From contig CP070756.1 of the NCBI GenBank assembly GCA_020348905.1, positions 2,982,074 to 3,042,035 on the forward strand: a stretch of 59,962 nt of DNA, in the 5' to 3' direction. The notes beneath the pieces were generated by a model. It worked only from the letters and a program-made list of their open reading frames with translations. It did not search any database and was not told the origin of the DNA. Below are positions 19,149-28,280 of this stretch, in pieces. The stretch's first letter is position 1. Each line of letters opens with the position of its first letter. Source of the DNA: Candidatus Zixiibacteriota bacterium. Its GTDB lineage: Bacteria > Zixibacteria > MSB-5A5 > GN15 > FEB-12. Both the position numbers and the translations under genes were made by a program.

Positions 19149-20054
19149 ATGCTTAATTCATTCAGGGCCCCGTTTGTCATCGCGCTACTGGCAACCCTGG
19201 CCACCGGGGCCTGGGCTGCTGAAGACGACAGCACCTTTGTCGGTTGGCGAAAATCTCTGACGGCCGACATTACCATCACACAGACCGGTTATTCCGACTC
19301 CTGGGTCGGCGGCGAGGCCGGCTCGGTCAACTGGGTCAGCAATCTGAACGGCCTGGCTGAACGACAACTCGAAGATTGGTTTAACTTCAAGTCGACTCTC
19401 AAAATGTCTTTCGGTCAGACACTGACCCAGGACCCGGAAACAAAAGACTGGAGCAAACCAAAGAAATCCACCGACCTTATCGACTGGGAAAATGTCGGCC
19501 TGTTTACGCTTCACAAGTATATTGATCCATACGCTGCCTTCCGGCTGGAAACCCAGTTCTTCGACGGCCGCCACCCGGACAAGAAGCTGTATTTCTCTCC
19601 ACTGAGGCTTACCGAATCAGCCGGTATCGCTCGCAAATTCTACAAAAAGAATGACGACTTTGTGCTCAGCCGATTCGGATTGGGTATAAGAGAAACATTC
19701 AAATCGGTCATCGTTGACCCGGTCACGCAGGCAACGACTGACTCGACCCTCGTCGACGGAGGCCTTGAATCCGTGACTGACGCCACGCTCACGCTTCACG
19801 AAAACATCCTTTACACTGGTAAGCTGACTCTTTATAAGGCTCTATTCTTTTCCGAGAGCGACCAGGTTGAAGGGACCCAGTATGAAGATGATTGGAAGGC
19901 GGTCGATGTTAACTGGGAAAATATACTCAGCGCTCAGGTAACCAAAATCATCACTGTCAGCCTTTATACACAGTTGCTCTACGATAAGGAAATATCAAAG
20001 AAAGGTCGATTTAAAGAAACCGTTGCGATAGGGTTCGTCTTTAAGATGATGTAG
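19149..20054 (+). CDS. Predicted outer-membrane beta-barrel protein (DUF3078-like)
   Basis: It has a strong RBS (aggagg), a signal peptide ending GAWA and alternating beta-strand pattern. The SWVGGEAGSVNW motif resembles DUF3078, and it ends in an aromatic-rich strand. Confidence 0.55.
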   Translation: MLNSFRAPFVIALLATLATGAWAAEDDSTFVGWRKSLTADITITQTGYSDSWVGGEAGSVNWVSNLNGLAERQLEDWFNFKSTLKMSFGQTLTQDPETKDWSKPKKSTDLIDWENVGLFTLHKYIDPYAAFRLETQFFDGRHPDKKLYFSPLRLTESAGIARKFYKKNDDFVLSRFGLGIRETFKSVIVDPVTQATTDSTLVDGGLESVTDATLTLHENILYTGKLTLYKALFFSESDQVEGTQYEDDWKAVDVNWENILSAQVTKIITVSLYTQLLYDKEISKKGRFKETVAIGFVFKMM

Positions 20055-20093
20055 TGAAGCCTATACCGGCAATGGCTTGATAATCTGCAAACC

Positions 20094-20130
20094 TGGCCGG
20101 GTTGTATCTTTTATGACCCGGCCATTTCTG
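20094..20130 (+). terminator. Hairpin terminator between convergent genes
   Basis: The arms tggccgggt (20094-20102) and acccggcca (20116-20124) form a perfect 9-bp stem followed by TTT. It lies between the stops at 20054 (+) and 20140 (-). Confidence 0.6.
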
Positions 20131-20139
20131 CAGCGGCAG

Positions 20140-21063
20140 TTACTGTGTCTCTTCCGCGTGCCAGAACGGAGCTTTTGAACTCCCCTCGAAATTGGACTGA
20201 TAGAAACGACCGTCGGGGCCGGGATAAATGAGCAGGTTGTAGCCAAGAATATGCGCTTTGACATGGTCCGTGGTAGCTATGAAGTTCTTGACGGTGGTCC
20301 CTACCTGGCCGGTATAGACGTTGTTAACCGTGTCGAGCTTCTCGACATACACGTACCGCTTCTGTATTGATTCGAGACTTAGCCACCGAATCTCACCCGA
20401 CGCGCTGAGCATATCCAGAGTATCGATACTAAACAGATCCCCCTCGACGTCGTCGCGGTAGGTGAACTTCAAAATAGCGTACGCACCGGCACTCACCTCG
20501 GTCAAGGCAATAAATCGATTGGGGCCATAGCGGGTGGGATCGCTGCCGGTGCCAAGACGGGTAACGCTGGAGTCTCGGGAGTTTATCAAATACAGCTGCT
20601 GTCCTGCGCAACCCACATACAGACTGTCGTTGAGGGGCAGGATTACCTCGTAGTTACCCGACACGCCAGCACTTGTCACGGTCCCATCAGCCAGTTTCAG
20701 GTAATTGAGAGTACTCCCGGTGAGAAACGCCACCTCGAACCCGCTGGCCGAGACCACCGGTGAATGAAATCCAAAACCGGCCAGAACCTTCTCTCGGGCC
20801 GGACTGTCGACGCGGGCTCGATAAATCCCGTGCTTGTCCGGGAAAAGCGTGTCCGAGACAACAAAATAGATGAATTCACGATCGAGGCTGAGCGTAGGTT
20901 CAGTTTCTTTAGAGTAATGTTCGGGCTCGGTCCACGTGGGCTCGTTGGAGGTTATGCCGCTGTCATCCTTATTACATGCCAGGTTAAAGAGCACTAATAA
21001 AGAGACTACCACGATAGCAGCTCTTACCGGGATCGGAAAGTTGTTGCTGCAGGTTCTCATCAT
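20140..21063 (-). CDS. Hypothetical lipoprotein (beta-propeller-like)
   Basis: The 307-aa product has a signal peptide with lipobox FNLAC. Repeated beta-strand-rich segments are reminiscent of TolB-like propellers. No catalytic motif was recognised. Confidence 0.55.
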   Translation of the reverse strand: MMRTCSNNFPIPVRAAIVVVSLLVLFNLACNKDDSGITSNEPTWTEPEHYSKETEPTLSLDREFIYFVVSDTLFPDKHGIYRARVDSPAREKVLAGFGFHSPVVSASGFEVAFLTGSTLNYLKLADGTVTSAGVSGNYEVILPLNDSLYVGCAGQQLYLINSRDSSVTRLGTGSDPTRYGPNRFIALTEVSAGAYAILKFTYRDDVEGDLFSIDTLDMLSASGEIRWLSLESIQKRYVYVEKLDTVNNVYTGQVGTTVKNFIATTDHVKAHILGYNLLIYPGPDGRFYQSNFEGSSKAPFWHAEETQ

Positions 21064-21148
21064 CGCTCCTACTGCATATTATAACAAAAAATCCGAGACG
21101 GGGTATTGGAAAAAAGAGGATTTTGATATCTACTTGAAGCGCGGCAGA

Positions 21149-22858
21149 CTAAGGCAGAATGCTAAGCGAGTACAGCGTGGCAAATACTCCGGCCAGAACG
21201 CCTGCCCCAATAACGGCATACATCCAGACCGGCATCTTCTTGCGCGGCGCTTCGAGCGGGGCCGGCTCGAAACTCTTTTTGTTCCGGCGCGCCTGGCGAT
21301 CCTGGTCGTATGCCTCCCACTCCACCAGAAACTCTTCGCACGATGCATACCGACGGGTGACCCGGATAGCGAGAAACTTGTCCAGCATATGCTGAACGGC
21401 TTCCGGAAGATTCATCTGCACATCGTGCAGGCACAGATTACTGGCAGTATCGTAACTTGGGTTACGACCTGTTATCATCTGGTGAGCGATGACACCCAGG
21501 CTGTAAATATCTCCCTGTCGCGACTTCTTTCTTTCCGGGGGCATGTACCAGTTCTTCTTGCGCGGATTTTCGTAGTGAGCCGGCAGACCGAAGTCGGTTA
21601 TCTTGATCACTTCGTCAGCATCAAAGAGAATATTGGATGGCCGCAGGTTGCCGTGGACAATGTTGTTCTTATGGGCGTGATGAAGACCCGAGGCCACGGC
21701 CAGGACAATCTGGAATGCCTTTTCCCAATCGTACCGGCGAACCATCCTCTCGGCAAGGGAACCGCCCTGAGCGTATTCAATGATTATTACAGTCGACTTG
21801 TTATCGCCGCCCGAGCCGTAAATGTCGATTATATTATCATGCTTGAGGGTGCCCAGTATCTTGGCTTCTTTACGGCCGGCCTCGCCCTTTTCGTGTTTCT
21901 TGATCACATAGAGTTTCTTGTTAACCCGGTTCTCAACGAGAATTGTAGATCCAAACCTGGTTTCCTTGATAGTATCAAGATACCGGCACTTGCCAAGAAA
22001 GGAATCGGCTCCATTGAGCGACATCTCTTGTGTTCGCGACGCCGAGTCATCGTGATTAATCACGTTCAGGATGGCATCCTTAAGCTCAACCGCCCGTTGG
22101 TAGCGGTCTTTGGGCTCCTGGGCCAGGCACTTCAGGATAATACTGTCGAACTCGATCGGAAGTTGAGAATTGATCTCCGACGGCAGCTTGAAATGACCCA
22201 GCGGCTTCTTTCCAACCAGAATCTCGTACAGCATGATTCCGACGGCATATATATCGGTCGTCTGATCAACGTTGGTGGAGCTGATTTTCTGCTCCGGTGA
22301 CATGTACGATAGCGTTCCCATGACGATATCGGACGACGTCATCTCCGAGTCAGGAGCGCAGACCATCTGGGCGATGCCAAAGTCGCTCACCAGGGCATTG
22401 CCCTGACGGTCAATAAGAACATTGGTGGGTTTTATGTCGCGGTGAATGACACCGTTCTTGTGAGCATAATCCAGCGCCTTGCACACCTGCACGATCATCT
22501 CGAGCTTGGTCTTGAGGGCTATCCGGGGTGTATCGATCACCTCTCGGAGCGAAGCACCGTTGATGTACTCCATGACGAAGTAATAGCGGCCGCCGGCTTG
22601 GCCTTTATCGATTACATGAACGATGTTAGGGTGGTTCAGGCGGCCAATCACCATCGATTCCCTTTCAAACCGTCTGACGATATCGAGGTCACTGGTCATC
22701 TGGGCAGAGAGAATCTTTATGGCCACATCCCGGTCGAGCGACTCCTGCCTGGCCTTATAGATTTCGGCCACGCCCCCCTGGCCTATCCTTCCGGTTATGA
22801 CGTAGTCGCCTATCTTTACCGCTTTTTTGGCCTGTGCAGCTTGTACCATATCCACCAT
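21149..22858 (-). CDS. Tail-anchored tandem Ser/Thr protein kinase plus pseudokinase
   Basis: Domain 1 is intact: GQGGVAEIY, VAIK, HRDIKPTN, DFG, SPE. Domain 2 has YVIKK and DFG, but HRD is replaced by HGNLRPSN and the G-loop is degenerate. A C-terminal TM helix is present (VWMYAVIGAGVLAGVFATLY). Confidence 0.85.
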   Translation of the reverse strand: MVDMVQAAQAKKAVKIGDYVITGRIGQGGVAEIYKARQESLDRDVAIKILSAQMTSDLDIVRRFERESMVIGRLNHPNIVHVIDKGQAGGRYYFVMEYINGASLREVIDTPRIALKTKLEMIVQVCKALDYAHKNGVIHRDIKPTNVLIDRQGNALVSDFGIAQMVCAPDSEMTSSDIVMGTLSYMSPEQKISSTNVDQTTDIYAVGIMLYEILVGKKPLGHFKLPSEINSQLPIEFDSIILKCLAQEPKDRYQRAVELKDAILNVINHDDSASRTQEMSLNGADSFLGKCRYLDTIKETRFGSTILVENRVNKKLYVIKKHEKGEAGRKEAKILGTLKHDNIIDIYGSGGDNKSTVIIIEYAQGGSLAERMVRRYDWEKAFQIVLAVASGLHHAHKNNIVHGNLRPSNILFDADEVIKITDFGLPAHYENPRKKNWYMPPERKKSRQGDIYSLGVIAHQMITGRNPSYDTASNLCLHDVQMNLPEAVQHMLDKFLAIRVTRRYASCEEFLVEWEAYDQDRQARRNKKSFEPAPLEAPRKKMPVWMYAVIGAGVLAGVFATLYSLSILP

Positions 22859-23118
22859 GATGTTTGCAAAAAAGTCAGCAACAGCCGACTATCCGGCTAT
22901 CTCTTTTATAATCGGCAGGATTAGAGAAATGGTTTATTCAGCCGCGGTCGATTTAGGGCTGGCACTTAGCGAAAAACTGCGCGCCTTAAGTCGACGAACG
23001 CATGAAACTCAGAGCCGGTGCTTCGCCCGCCGGAAATTGCGATAAGCTGTTACTAATCAAGGTATTAGCGGTCCGGTGGGGCTCCCTCGCGACTCCACCC
23101 GGATTGGCAAGAAAACCG

Positions 23119-24573
23119 TTACCAGTTGGTTTTGACGTTCACGAACAGAGTTCTGTTATCGCGCCATACGAAAAAGATGATTTCTTCCAGCTTCTTCTGT
23201 TCGATCTCTTCCATGATCGGCTTTACATCTTCAACCGACTCAACTACGCCATTGTCGATCCGCTGAATCACATCTCCAATCGACAGACCCTCCAGAGCAG
23301 CCAGTCCCCCCTGCTTGAGTTCCGATACGACCACACCATGGAAACTTTCTGAATCAAGATTGTAGAGCAAATAGTCGGCAAAGACCAAATCCCGTACTTT
23401 GAACTCCAGGGCCTTGTTCTCGTACTCAGGCGCTTCGGTTGCGGCGAGTGGCGCGGATTTAAGGGTGGCCAGAAGCTGCATGGTGTCGGCCACTCCTTCT
23501 TCACCTATACGTATCACCGAAAATTCCACCGGCGTACCCGGCCCCAGCTCAGATATGAACCGCTGAAAGACCGGGATCTTCTCCTCCTTGTCGACCTCCA
23601 CCGGTTGACCATTGACCTGGTAAATAATATCGCCTATTTCGAGCCCGGCCTGCGCGGCCGGTGAATTCTTGACAACATCGTTAACGATTATTCCGCCGGC
23701 AGCATCCAGGTCCCAGAACTCGCTAATGTCTTCCGTCAGGGCCTGCAAGGTTATTCCCAGCCAACCGCGATCCAGCTTGCCCTTCTCAGGGGGATCTGCG
23801 ATCAACTCCGCCAGGCGGTCACCGGTTACGATCCCCAGAAGCGGGAAGCCCATCTGATCAAAGGAGTCCAGCATTCCCCCCGGATCCATACTGCCCGTCG
23901 ATGGGTCATTGAGCATCCCCAGCACGCCTACCGGTTGCAGTTGTTCGTCAAACAACACCGAGGTTAACTGCAGAGCATTAAAGCCCACCGTCAACGGAAA
24001 GAATTCCGGCGACTGAACAATGGTTGAAATCATGCCCACGTCGGCCGCTACCGGCGGCGTCACAAATTCCGGAAGCAGCATATACAGCGCCAGCCAGCTG
24101 CCCACCTGAAACTGGCGCTCTTGCCGAAAATGGACGGGCGTGAATTTCTGATTCTCCTCAGCTATGATCTTCAGAAAACCAATCCGGGTGAATCGATCAA
24201 CCCCCACGTATTCGCCTTTGAAGCGCTGGCCGTCGAAAGTACTGATTTCTATGCTGGTAGGTGTTGTCCTGACCGCAAACCCGGCAAAGGACGAAAAGGC
24301 GTTATCGCTGGCCAAGGCGGCCCCGTTGAACATGACCAGGCCATCTTCAGTAACAACTGTCCCCAGCAGACGATCCTGGACTTCATTGGTGTGAACTCCA
24401 TAAGAGAATTCCACCTTCATGTCGATCACGACGGAATAGGAGTCTATCGCCTGCCGAAGTTTTTCAAAATCGAATTTCTGAGCGTACCCGACCTGCCCGA
24501 TACAGCCTACCAACAGCCCCAGGGAAGCCAGGATCACTCGTACTCTCGGCTGTCTACCTGTTTTAAGATTCAT
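23119..24573 (-). CDS. HtrA-like lipoprotein with degenerate protease domain and two PDZ domains
   Basis: It has the lipobox LLVGC. The N-terminal half aligns to a trypsin fold but lacks the triad (FNGAAL where NNHV is expected; no GNSGGP). Two PDZ-like segments follow (GGIIVNDVVKNSPAAQAGLEIGDII; GVVVSELKQGGLAALEGLSIGDVI). Confidence 0.7.
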   Translation of the reverse strand: MNLKTGRQPRVRVILASLGLLVGCIGQVGYAQKFDFEKLRQAIDSYSVVIDMKVEFSYGVHTNEVQDRLLGTVVTEDGLVMFNGAALASDNAFSSFAGFAVRTTPTSIEISTFDGQRFKGEYVGVDRFTRIGFLKIIAEENQKFTPVHFRQERQFQVGSWLALYMLLPEFVTPPVAADVGMISTIVQSPEFFPLTVGFNALQLTSVLFDEQLQPVGVLGMLNDPSTGSMDPGGMLDSFDQMGFPLLGIVTGDRLAELIADPPEKGKLDRGWLGITLQALTEDISEFWDLDAAGGIIVNDVVKNSPAAQAGLEIGDIIYQVNGQPVEVDKEEKIPVFQRFISELGPGTPVEFSVIRIGEEGVADTMQLLATLKSAPLAATEAPEYENKALEFKVRDLVFADYLLYNLDSESFHGVVVSELKQGGLAALEGLSIGDVIQRIDNGVVESVEDVKPIMEEIEQKKLEEIIFFVWRDNRTLFVNVKTNW

Positions 24574-25969
24574 CGGTTGTCTCTCCCATTCTACGGTCGA
24601 CTCTCACCGGGACAAAGCGCGTCGCGCCGCCGCGCCTTATGGTCAGAAGAGCTTTCTCTGCATTCATACTGGTGAGGTTGTTATAGATGTCAATGAAACC
24701 GGCCAGCGACTCGACGTCCTGACGATCAACCTTCCTGACAACATCGCCTCGTCTGAGGCCGCCTTCGTCGGCCGTGCTGACAGCCTTGACGCCGGCAACC
24801 ATCACTCCGGAAGTATCATCAAGCTGGTTCTCTATCTGCATCTGCTTGGTGATGGCCTTGACCGTAAACCCCCAGCCCTTACATTCGAAATCCTCCCCCT
24901 GAAGCTCGCCAAGCTGCTTGGTGATCACCTTGAAGGTGTAGTGTTCTTCGTCACGAAGCACCTTTAGCGAAATTTCGGCACCTGGCTCGTGATCAGCAAT
25001 AAGACTGTAAAAGGCCGGAAGTTCCTCAACGAAGCGCGCTGATACCGGATTGCCGTCGACCTCCAAAACCACATCACCGGCCCTCAGGAAGCTCTTTTCA
25101 GCCGGCGAACCGGGGTCTATCGAAGATATTAAGACACCGGCGTTGAGATTGGTCCCGAAATAACCCTCCAGTTCCTGAAGTGCCTGACAATGCAACCCGA
25201 TCCAGCTTCGGGTTACTTTTCCCCCAGTCAGGATAGCCCGGGTGACCTCTTTGACAATATTGATGGGAATAGCAAAACCAATGTTGTTGGCAAACATGGT
25301 GGCTCTGGAGTTTATTCCGATAACCTTGCCGTAAAGGTCCACCAGCGGGCCGCCGGAGTTGCCCGGATTTATGGCGGCATCGGTCTGAATCCACAGATTG
25401 TACTGCCCGGTACGTTCGCCGCTGGGCAGCCGAACATCGGAACTGAAATAACGGTCCTTGGTCGAAACCACTCCCACTGACACCGACCGTGAAAGAGCGA
25501 GGGGGGAACCCATGGCAATCACGTACTGACCGACAGATACCGAATCGGAATCACCAAACTCGGCCACGCTGATCTTACCCTGGTATTCGTCCAGGTCCAG
25601 CTTGATGACCGCGATATCCGTCAGGGGATCACCACCGACAAACTCCGCCGGTACGATCTCCCGGTCCGATAAGGTGCAGAGAATCCGCTCCGCTTTGCCG
25701 GCCACGTGATAGTTCGTTACCACGTAACCGTCAACATGAAACACGATACCGGACCCAATAACCGCCTGCTTCTCCAGTTCGCCGGTGTTGTAATTCTTGA
25801 TGACAGGCTGAATGTGAACCAGAGCCGGCATCACCTTGTCCCGGGCAATGAATATTTCCTGCTGCACGCTCACAGCCATTACCCCGGACCACGCCGGAAG
25901 AGCGGCAAGCAATGTCACAAATATGGTTCTTCGCATCAAATTCGTTGTCTCCGTATGTTTTTGCATCAC
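24563..25969 (-). CDS. htrA: HtrA/DegP-family serine endoprotease with two PDZ domains
   Basis: The triad context is VVTNYHVAG, DIAVIKL, GNSGGPLVD. It has a signal peptide. Its 3' end overlaps the start of the next gene by 11 nt. Confidence 0.9.
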   Translation of the reverse strand: MMQKHTETTNLMRRTIFVTLLAALPAWSGVMAVSVQQEIFIARDKVMPALVHIQPVIKNYNTGELEKQAVIGSGIVFHVDGYVVTNYHVAGKAERILCTLSDREIVPAEFVGGDPLTDIAVIKLDLDEYQGKISVAEFGDSDSVSVGQYVIAMGSPLALSRSVSVGVVSTKDRYFSSDVRLPSGERTGQYNLWIQTDAAINPGNSGGPLVDLYGKVIGINSRATMFANNIGFAIPINIVKEVTRAILTGGKVTRSWIGLHCQALQELEGYFGTNLNAGVLISSIDPGSPAEKSFLRAGDVVLEVDGNPVSARFVEELPAFYSLIADHEPGAEISLKVLRDEEHYTFKVITKQLGELQGEDFECKGWGFTVKAITKQMQIENQLDDTSGVMVAGVKAVSTADEGGLRRGDVVRKVDRQDVESLAGFIDIYNNLTSMNAEKALLTIRRGGATRFVPVRVDRRMGETTDES

Positions 25970-26129
25970 TTAAACAGTAATAGGCTTTGTTGGTTCAAAA
26001 GTAAATAAAAAAACCGCGCGACTTCGGTCACAGCAACTGGCTGCCAACCCCGTCAAGCGGTTCAAAATACCTTTTCGGGCCGTTGTTGCAAAAGCACGGT
26101 TGGTCATCCCGGCTCATCCGGGTATCGGT

Positions 26130-26981
26130 TCATTTCCAATATATGTCTACTGATCCCAGACCGACCGATATCTCCAGGATTATCCGGTCATCAGCACCGT
26201 CGAAATCAGTCGACTCATAAACATCCTCGTCAACTTCGTCAATGTCCCGGTTATGAATGTCGACCGAGGATAACCAGTTGTCACCCTCTGTTTCAATCCG
26301 GAAAGCGACATCCTCGGGCAGCGTGATATCTGCTGAACCCAGACCAATGTCGATGCTAACGATAGACTCCCCATCATACTTACCGCTCAAATCCAGGTCG
26401 AACGACCCTGCCCCGCCGTCAAAGTTGAAGTAATCGAAATTAGCATTGCCCAGATCGTGAATTTCCAGCGATGAGGCACCCGCATCTATGTCCAGTTCTT
26501 CCAGCCTGATTGGGTTTCGCTTGGAAAACTCTATCACCCCTGAGGCGGCTCCAATATCGAGCGTCATTTCTTTGAGGGGTATTCCCCCGAGGTCAATCGC
26601 GGCGTCACAGGCACCGATATCAATCTCCACTGATGTCTCGTACCTGGTTGATAGGACGATATCCCAGATGTTGTTTTCAGTATCGATATTGGACTTCGAA
26701 TGATGCTCGCTTTCAAGCTCAATATAGCACTTGCCTCGTTTCTCCTCAGAATCCACAAAGTAGTCTACCCGACGAGGGTTGTAGGTGATATCAACAATGG
26801 CTGCCTCAGCTATATCCCCGGGGGAAATAGTGAATTCACCCGCACCCAGCTCACAGCGCAAGACCACTTCGTCGGCATCCTTCATCTCTATCTTCTTCGT
26901 CACCTGTTCCGTTCTGGCTGCAATCACCATGCTGGTTAGCCCCAAAACCGCGATCATCGATAGAATAACGGCTTTCCTCAT
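26130..26981 (-). CDS. DUF4097/toastrack-family exported protein
   Basis: It shows a repetitive beta-solenoid pattern (IDIGACDAAIDLGG, LDIGAASGVIEFS, IDAGASSLEIHDLG, FDGGAGSFDLDLSG) and a signal peptide. The ATG at 26981 is preceded by GGGAGAG. Confidence 0.7.
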   Translation of the reverse strand: MRKAVILSMIAVLGLTSMVIAARTEQVTKKIEMKDADEVVLRCELGAGEFTISPGDIAEAAIVDITYNPRRVDYFVDSEEKRGKCYIELESEHHSKSNIDTENNIWDIVLSTRYETSVEIDIGACDAAIDLGGIPLKEMTLDIGAASGVIEFSKRNPIRLEELDIDAGASSLEIHDLGNANFDYFNFDGGAGSFDLDLSGKYDGESIVSIDIGLGSADITLPEDVAFRIETEGDNWLSSVDIHNRDIDEVDEDVYESTDFDGADDRIILEISVGLGSVDIYWK

Positions 26982-27026
26982 ATTAAACTCTCCCGGTATC
27001 ATATATTGTCTAACCTTTACTATGAT

Positions 27027-28253
27027 TTACGAACTAGGTTCGGTCGATGTTTCATCGGGCTCTTCATCGAATCCACTCGGAGAAGGTTCCGGCGGCGCTT
27101 TGGGAATCGGTGGTGGGGCCGGAGTCGGCCCTACTCCCTCCCGCTTGTGACGCTCCCGCCAACTCGTATACGTTTTGAATCCAAAACGCGTCATGACAGC
27201 TGCACCAACGCCGGTGAGTATCGGATAACTACTGATGCATATGGACACGACAAGAAACAGTATTCCGAAGCCCTCCGGAGCAAAAGTCGAACTGAGGAGG
27301 ATTGCAGTTACAAACCACAGGCCCATGAGTGCCAAAATCCCTATCTCTGACTTGAATAGCGCGCTGCCGCTACCACCCGCCAATCGACCAGAGACTAATC
27401 GTCCGAGCTTCTCTCCAAAGGCAACCAGACCCAGTAGGATCGCAAACAGATATACGAACGGCACCAGCGGGATCAGGACGACCCCCACAATTGTTACCGC
27501 CAACAGAAGAATCACAACCGGCATGACCATTACGAAAAACAGCCCGATGAAATAGGCTTTGATCTTGCTGGTTTCGAGAAAACTTGAAATATTGCCCAAT
27601 TGACGCGGCATCAACGTTACGATAAGGAATCCGCAGAAGACGAAAAATACGGTGAAGCTCGCGACTATTATCAGGCCATCGATATCAGTCGGCCCCCGGG
27701 GCAGGACGGGCACCGGCAGCTGCTCTCCCAGAACGATGCCCCCGTCCTTTACCACAATATCGGACGCCATGATGTCGCCGTCGACGCGACCCGTGCGGGA
27801 AACCAGCACCCTGTTGTCAAGAGATGTTACGTCCCCTTTGACCCACCCCTTGACCGTGACACGGCCATAGGCAATAATATCGCCATCAACATACTCATCA
27901 TACCCAACGATTATGGAGCCGACGAACGATTTGACCTTTATTTCCTCGGTGCATCTATCCTCCACCCGCATGTAATCGCCGGCGGCGTCCCGCGGCTCAC
28001 CGGGCTGATCTCTAAGATCGGCGTCCTCGACAATTCCGGCAACGAAGGATCCCCTGGTGAAGTCGTAATACCAATCATAGCCACCGGTGTCGACGGCTGT
28101 GACACCGTCGCTGCTGAGTCTTATTTCCTGGAATACCGTATCCGAAGGAGCGTAGTCATCCGGCGCTTCCTGCGCGAAGGAAGCTCCGATGGAAAGGCTG
28201 AGGAAAAAGCTGGCGGCAAACAGGCCGTTCTTGCCCACCACGGATAAACTCAT
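27027..28253 (-). CDS. Exported bactofilin-like (polymer-forming beta-helix) domain fused to polytopic membrane domain with Pro-rich tail
   Basis: After a signal peptide (…GASFAQE) comes DGDIIAYGRVTVKGWVKGDVTSLDNRVLVSRTGRVDGDIMASDIVVKDGGIV, which is bactofilin/DUF583-like. About 6 TM helices follow, then the tail GPTPAPPPIPKAPPEPSPSG. Confidence 0.6.
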   Translation of the reverse strand: MSLSVVGKNGLFAASFFLSLSIGASFAQEAPDDYAPSDTVFQEIRLSSDGVTAVDTGGYDWYYDFTRGSFVAGIVEDADLRDQPGEPRDAAGDYMRVEDRCTEEIKVKSFVGSIIVGYDEYVDGDIIAYGRVTVKGWVKGDVTSLDNRVLVSRTGRVDGDIMASDIVVKDGGIVLGEQLPVPVLPRGPTDIDGLIIVASFTVFFVFCGFLIVTLMPRQLGNISSFLETSKIKAYFIGLFFVMVMPVVILLLAVTIVGVVLIPLVPFVYLFAILLGLVAFGEKLGRLVSGRLAGGSGSALFKSEIGILALMGLWFVTAILLSSTFAPEGFGILFLVVSICISSYPILTGVGAAVMTRFGFKTYTSWRERHKREGVGPTPAPPPIPKAPPEPSPSGFDEEPDETSTEPSS

Positions 28254-28280
28254 GACTACGTCCTATGTAAAAAACGCCTA

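Noticed and set aside
20936-22300. A 454-aa ORF on the + strand.
   Set aside because: It lies entirely antisense to the lipoprotein gene and the tandem-kinase gene, both of which have clear motifs. Its composition is Leu/Arg/Val-rich and typical of a shadow ORF, and it contains no recognisable motif.
26011-26045. A possible terminator after the toastrack gene (the minus strand reads gaccgaagtcgcgcggTTTTTTT).
   Set aside because: Only a 4-bp ACCG/CGGT stem can be drawn. The T-run is good but the hairpin is too weak to report as a feature.
27600-28247. A 215-aa ORF on the + strand.
   Set aside because: It is antisense to the bactofilin-like membrane protein gene, which sits in a tightly spaced operon. 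No motif or RBS is present.
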